DNA of 62,958 bases, filler included, from Porpidia crustulata (lineage: Eukaryota), in NCBI GenBank assembly GCA_964255105.1. It is 11 parts of 11 records of this genome, joined end to end, with 100 filler letters (N's around TTAATTAATTAA, not from the genome) between each part and the next. Parts side by side here need not be neighbours in the genome. Positions count along the whole stretch, not along the records: positions 57,342 to 62,958 come from CAXUWE010001758.1; 10 more parts are not named here. The stretch is one strand, 5' to 3'. Below, one piece after another: positions 61,967-62,958 of this stretch (positions within the stretch are counted from its first letter, which is position 1; the number at the start of each line of letters is the position of its first letter). A program made the translations under genes and the position numbers. The notes beneath the pieces are model-generated. The model saw only the letters and a program-made list of their open reading frames with translations. It ran no database searches and was not told the DNA's origin.

Positions 61967-62958
61967 AGAGGTCGTTGAAAAAGACTTGATTTGAACCTAC
62001 ATCCCAAGCTTTCCCAATGCGCTTCAAACCCAAAACTTACATCGGGACAAGCGCAAAGCTCTGCCAATTTTATCACGAGTTCGAACGCTTGCTTAAGATT
62101 ATTCAAGGGCGTAAAGATCCAGTACTTCCTAAGTCCTCCCCGAGCAAATCCCTCAACCTACGGAAGTGCTAAACACTCCCTCGACGAGTGCTCCGCCCAC
62201 AAACCATCCCAACTTCGAGACACGGGCAGTGCTCCCCTAATGAAACTCTCCCCACGAGCCAGCTTCCGCACAGCTCCTTCACTCGCACGACGATAGGGAA
62301 AACAAAGTCGTGCACAGAGGGGTGAATTCCGCGTTTTAATTCCGCCCAGTCTCACCGTGTAAAGGCAGCAAAGAGCGATGAATCGGTCAAAATAGATATA
62401 CAAGCGACCACTCCGACATTTCCCCTGGAAATCACCGTAGGACTTTGGAAAAAAATAACAAAGCAATCGAATTCCCCCCTTCACATGTAAGATTTATGCG
62501 CCGGTTTTCTAATTTCCATTTCCCAATTCAAAAGCCACACCATCGAGACCAAGAGATATACCACCCACATCAATCAACCATCTCAAACCTAGGGCTTTAC
62601 GAAAGTGTGACATCCACCTCGATCCTCTCCAATCGCCGGCTTTGCTAGTCTCAACATAAATTAAACCCACTCTCATGGTTATCGTGCAAGACAACAGGGA
62701 TAACAGATGGCGTGCCAGGTGCGGGACCAGAAATTATGGCAGAGACAATGCAGAACGCGAGAGATGGGATGCTGCGACTTCGAGCTAGGGTCCGTGTATC
62801 TACCATATTTACCTCCAGCCCTTGCATCTTTCTCAAAAAGATTTGCATGTTCCGGTACGTGCCGTCGATATCGCTTTACATTTACGTCAATCTGAGCTTG
62901 CCCTACCTATTTCCTTTCTACCCCAACAAATCATCCAACCCGTTCCCCTGCCCCTGCC

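Overview
Fungal nuclear DNA (filamentous ascomycete, Pezizomycotina; a lichen-forming lineage is plausible but not provable here). The window is not contiguous. It is 11 unrelated contigs of about 5.6 kb, sorted by decreasing length and joined by 100-bp N/TTAATTAATTAA/N linkers, so gene adjacency is only meaningful within a contig. Most of it is intron-containing housekeeping genes: RPC19, the complex I B14 subunit, BUD31, RIB3, DBF4/nimO, LEU4, RPC2, a PMP22-family protein, GCV3, MRP17, RPO41, a GH92 mannosidase and YJU2. It also holds HET-domain, AAA, SprT-like, bZIP and SesA-like genes, a decayed piggyBac-family element and several MITE families. The standout is a tRNA-Lys(CTT) gene (16301-16488, minus strand). 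Besides its normal anticodon-loop intron, it is split by two introns with spliceosomal signals (GT...CTAAY...YAG). A second, degenerate tRNA-like locus on another contig (about 61880-61966, minus) carries a spliceosomal-type intron at the same D-loop position 18/19. Together these suggest spliceosomal introns in tRNA genes.
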